Assembly: GCA_964552565.1 (NCBI GenBank)
Contig: CAZKGL010000001.1
Span: forward strand, 371,061-435,060
Length of the DNA stretch: 64,000 nucleotides
Origin: an uncultured Gammaproteobacteria bacterium
GTDB taxonomy: Bacteria > Patescibacteriota > Patescibacteriia > UBA9934
Direction of reading: 5' to 3'
Shown piece by piece: positions 61,574 to 64,000 of the stretch. The position numbers were made by a program, and so were the translations under genes. How positions within the stretch are numbered: the stretch's first letter is position 1; every line of letters begins with the position of its first letter. Under the pieces are notes generated by a model. That model searched no databases. It saw nothing but the letters and a program-made list of their open reading frames with translations, and was not told the origin of the DNA.

Positions 61574-61717
61574 ATGATGTTCAACGATGAGATGATGCTC
61601 ATGGATGAGCATGAGATGATTCCGGCGATGCCGTCGATGCGATCGACGATGTCCGGAATGGAAGCAACGATGGAGGGATGCGGAATGGGCACAGGCAGCG
61701 CGGATCGCATGATCTAA
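61574..61717 (+). CDS. Met-rich 47-aa small protein
   Basis: MMFNDEMMLMDEHEMIPAMPSMRSTMSGMEATMEGCGMGTGSADRMI, followed by a terminator. Confidence 0.55.
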   Translation: MMFNDEMMLMDEHEMIPAMPSMRSTMSGMEATMEGCGMGTGSADRMI

Positions 61718-61744
61718 GCTCCCCCTGCGGCCTCTTCCGGGGCC

Positions 61745-61781
61745 AATGAAAAGGACCGCACTTGAAGCGGTCCTTTTCATT
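61745..61781. terminator. Bidirectional terminator
   Basis: 15-bp stem AATGAAAAGGACCGC/GCGGTCCTTTTCATT. Confidence 0.8.
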
Positions 61782-61828
61782 TGTGGCGAATTCCTTGCTA
61801 TACTGAAGCATCGTTTTTTTTCGCCCGT

Positions 61829-62725
61829 ATGCTCTGGTTCCCGGTCCCGAAAACCCGTCTCGTGGTGCAGAACACCCCGCTGCCTGATGGCTACAAGTCC
61901 TACCTTTCCCACCCGGCGTACATCGCCCGCGAGGCGGGGACGCAAAAAGGCTTCCAGCTCGTTGGAACGGATGCGTGTCCAGGCGTCGCGTGGAAGTACG
62001 GCCCCATGCGCTTTGAGCGCTATGTCGGCGACATCGAACCCGCGTACGACGCCGACGGGCCGCTGCGGCTGGTCACGTGGCAGTGCGTCAACCGGAACGA
62101 TGTCCCGCCCGGCTGGAAGCACACGCGCATGGTCATGACGACGAGCAGGACGGGTTTTGCGGTCGTCGACGGCGCCCAGGATTACCACAAACGCTGGTCA
62201 TCCCATGCCCAGCGGCACCGCAAGGCCTGGCTGAAGGAATCCCTAGGCTGGGAAATTGTCCCCATCACGGTTGACGAGTACATCGCCGCCTACAAGCGAT
62301 CCAAACAAGACGCGTTCCTCAAGTTCCTCTTCTCCAACCTGCTCCGCGAAAAGGTCCGCGGCCATGGCGCGCTCGTTACCATCGTCGGCGCACGCCGCAC
62401 CGCGCCGCACGCCCCGACCGAAGCGGGGTTCGCGTTCGTGAACGTCCCCGAAACGCATCAGTCCATCCACCTCATGTCGTTCCACGGCGAGGCGGCGAAA
62501 GCGCACCACGTCGGCGTCGGGCTTATGGATTACTGGTTTCAGTACGCCGCCGGACACGACATCCGCTTCCTTGAGTTCGGAAACTTTTGGACGCCGGGCG
62601 AACCGACCTCCTGGAAAGGGTTCACGCGCTTCAAAGCCCAGTTTGGCCTCCAGTTTACCGACTACCCGGGTCCGCTCGCCCGCTGGATGGGGCGTATCAA
62701 AAACCCGTTCGTCAGGCAACGATGA
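61829..62725 (+). CDS. GNAT/FemABX-fold protein
   Basis: WSSHAQRHRK, RFLEFG, GFTRFKAQFG. Confidence 0.72.
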   Translation: MLWFPVPKTRLVVQNTPLPDGYKSYLSHPAYIAREAGTQKGFQLVGTDACPGVAWKYGPMRFERYVGDIEPAYDADGPLRLVTWQCVNRNDVPPGWKHTRMVMTTSRTGFAVVDGAQDYHKRWSSHAQRHRKAWLKESLGWEIVPITVDEYIAAYKRSKQDAFLKFLFSNLLREKVRGHGALVTIVGARRTAPHAPTEAGFAFVNVPETHQSIHLMSFHGEAAKAHHVGVGLMDYWFQYAAGHDIRFLEFGNFWTPGEPTSWKGFTRFKAQFGLQFTDYPGPLARWMGRIKNPFVRQR

Positions 62726-62819
62726 CAAGGACCAGCACGAGGACGAGCGCCCAAAAGAAGGCGAAAAGCGCCAGGAAGAACTCGTCTTTTGCGAAATCTT
62801 TGAAGTCGTGCAGGTTCAT
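62712..62819 (-). CDS. Putative 35-aa single-TM protein
   Basis: MNLHDFKDFAKDEFFLALFAFFWALVLVLVLVIVA. Confidence 0.4.
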   Translation of the reverse strand: MNLHDFKDFAKDEFFLALFAFFWALVLVLVLVIVA

Positions 62820-62875
62820 AGCTCCGCATCGTACCGCCTTCCCGCGCCGCCGTCATGCTGGACGGGGCGTCTTCC

Positions 62876-62904
62876 TTGACGGAACCGCGAAAATCGGCCA
62901 TACT
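62876..62904 (+). promoter_or_regulatory. Sigma70-type promoter of typA
   Basis: TTGACG-N17-CATACT. Confidence 0.6.
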
Positions 62905-62927
62905 TCGCGGGAATTTATTTATTGTTT

Positions 62928-64000
<1,073 letters not shown>

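Noticed and set aside
61466-62188. His-rich minus-strand ORF
   Set aside because: His codons are the reverse complement of the Met codons, and the ORF overlaps the GNAT gene antisense.

Overview
GC-rich bacterial chromosomal segment using code 11 (TGA is a stop). The compact gene set and weak or absent Shine-Dalgarno sites suggest Patescibacteria/CPR, Parcubacteria-like (inference). From 1 to 42 kb it is mostly housekeeping: lysS, greA, mrdA-mreD-mreC-mreB, a UvrD-nuclease fusion, the complete atp operon, tatD, metG, rsmI, ahpC and pepA. Accessory surface proteins (two Ig+vWA lipoproteins, LRR, beta-propeller) are interspersed. The right part holds a layered mobile locus. (i) A minus-strand tRNA-Asn(GTT) is split inside its anticodon by a 545-nt group I intron, whose P1 loop carries an HNH endonuclease gene broken by one stop codon. 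(ii) A 7.4-kb element is bounded by an exact 15-bp repeat of the tRNA 3' end. Its serine recombinase ORF reads through the att core, so its C-terminus would differ between the integrated and excised states; its cargo is a 1.2-kaa nuclease-like/TPR/PIN protein. (iii) An older 9.4-kb integrase-less island ends at a degenerate tRNA 3' copy next to a terminator. It carries a thiol-redox/MerA-like cluster with a CRP/FNR regulator that has an NtcA-type recognition helix, flanked by two GTA-N8-TAC boxes. Also seen: three different palindromic elements in atp operon junctions, self-contained mini expression cassettes near 12 kb, and several small ORFs missing from the ORF track. The window ends inside typA. 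All product calls come from motifs recognised by eye; no searches were run.
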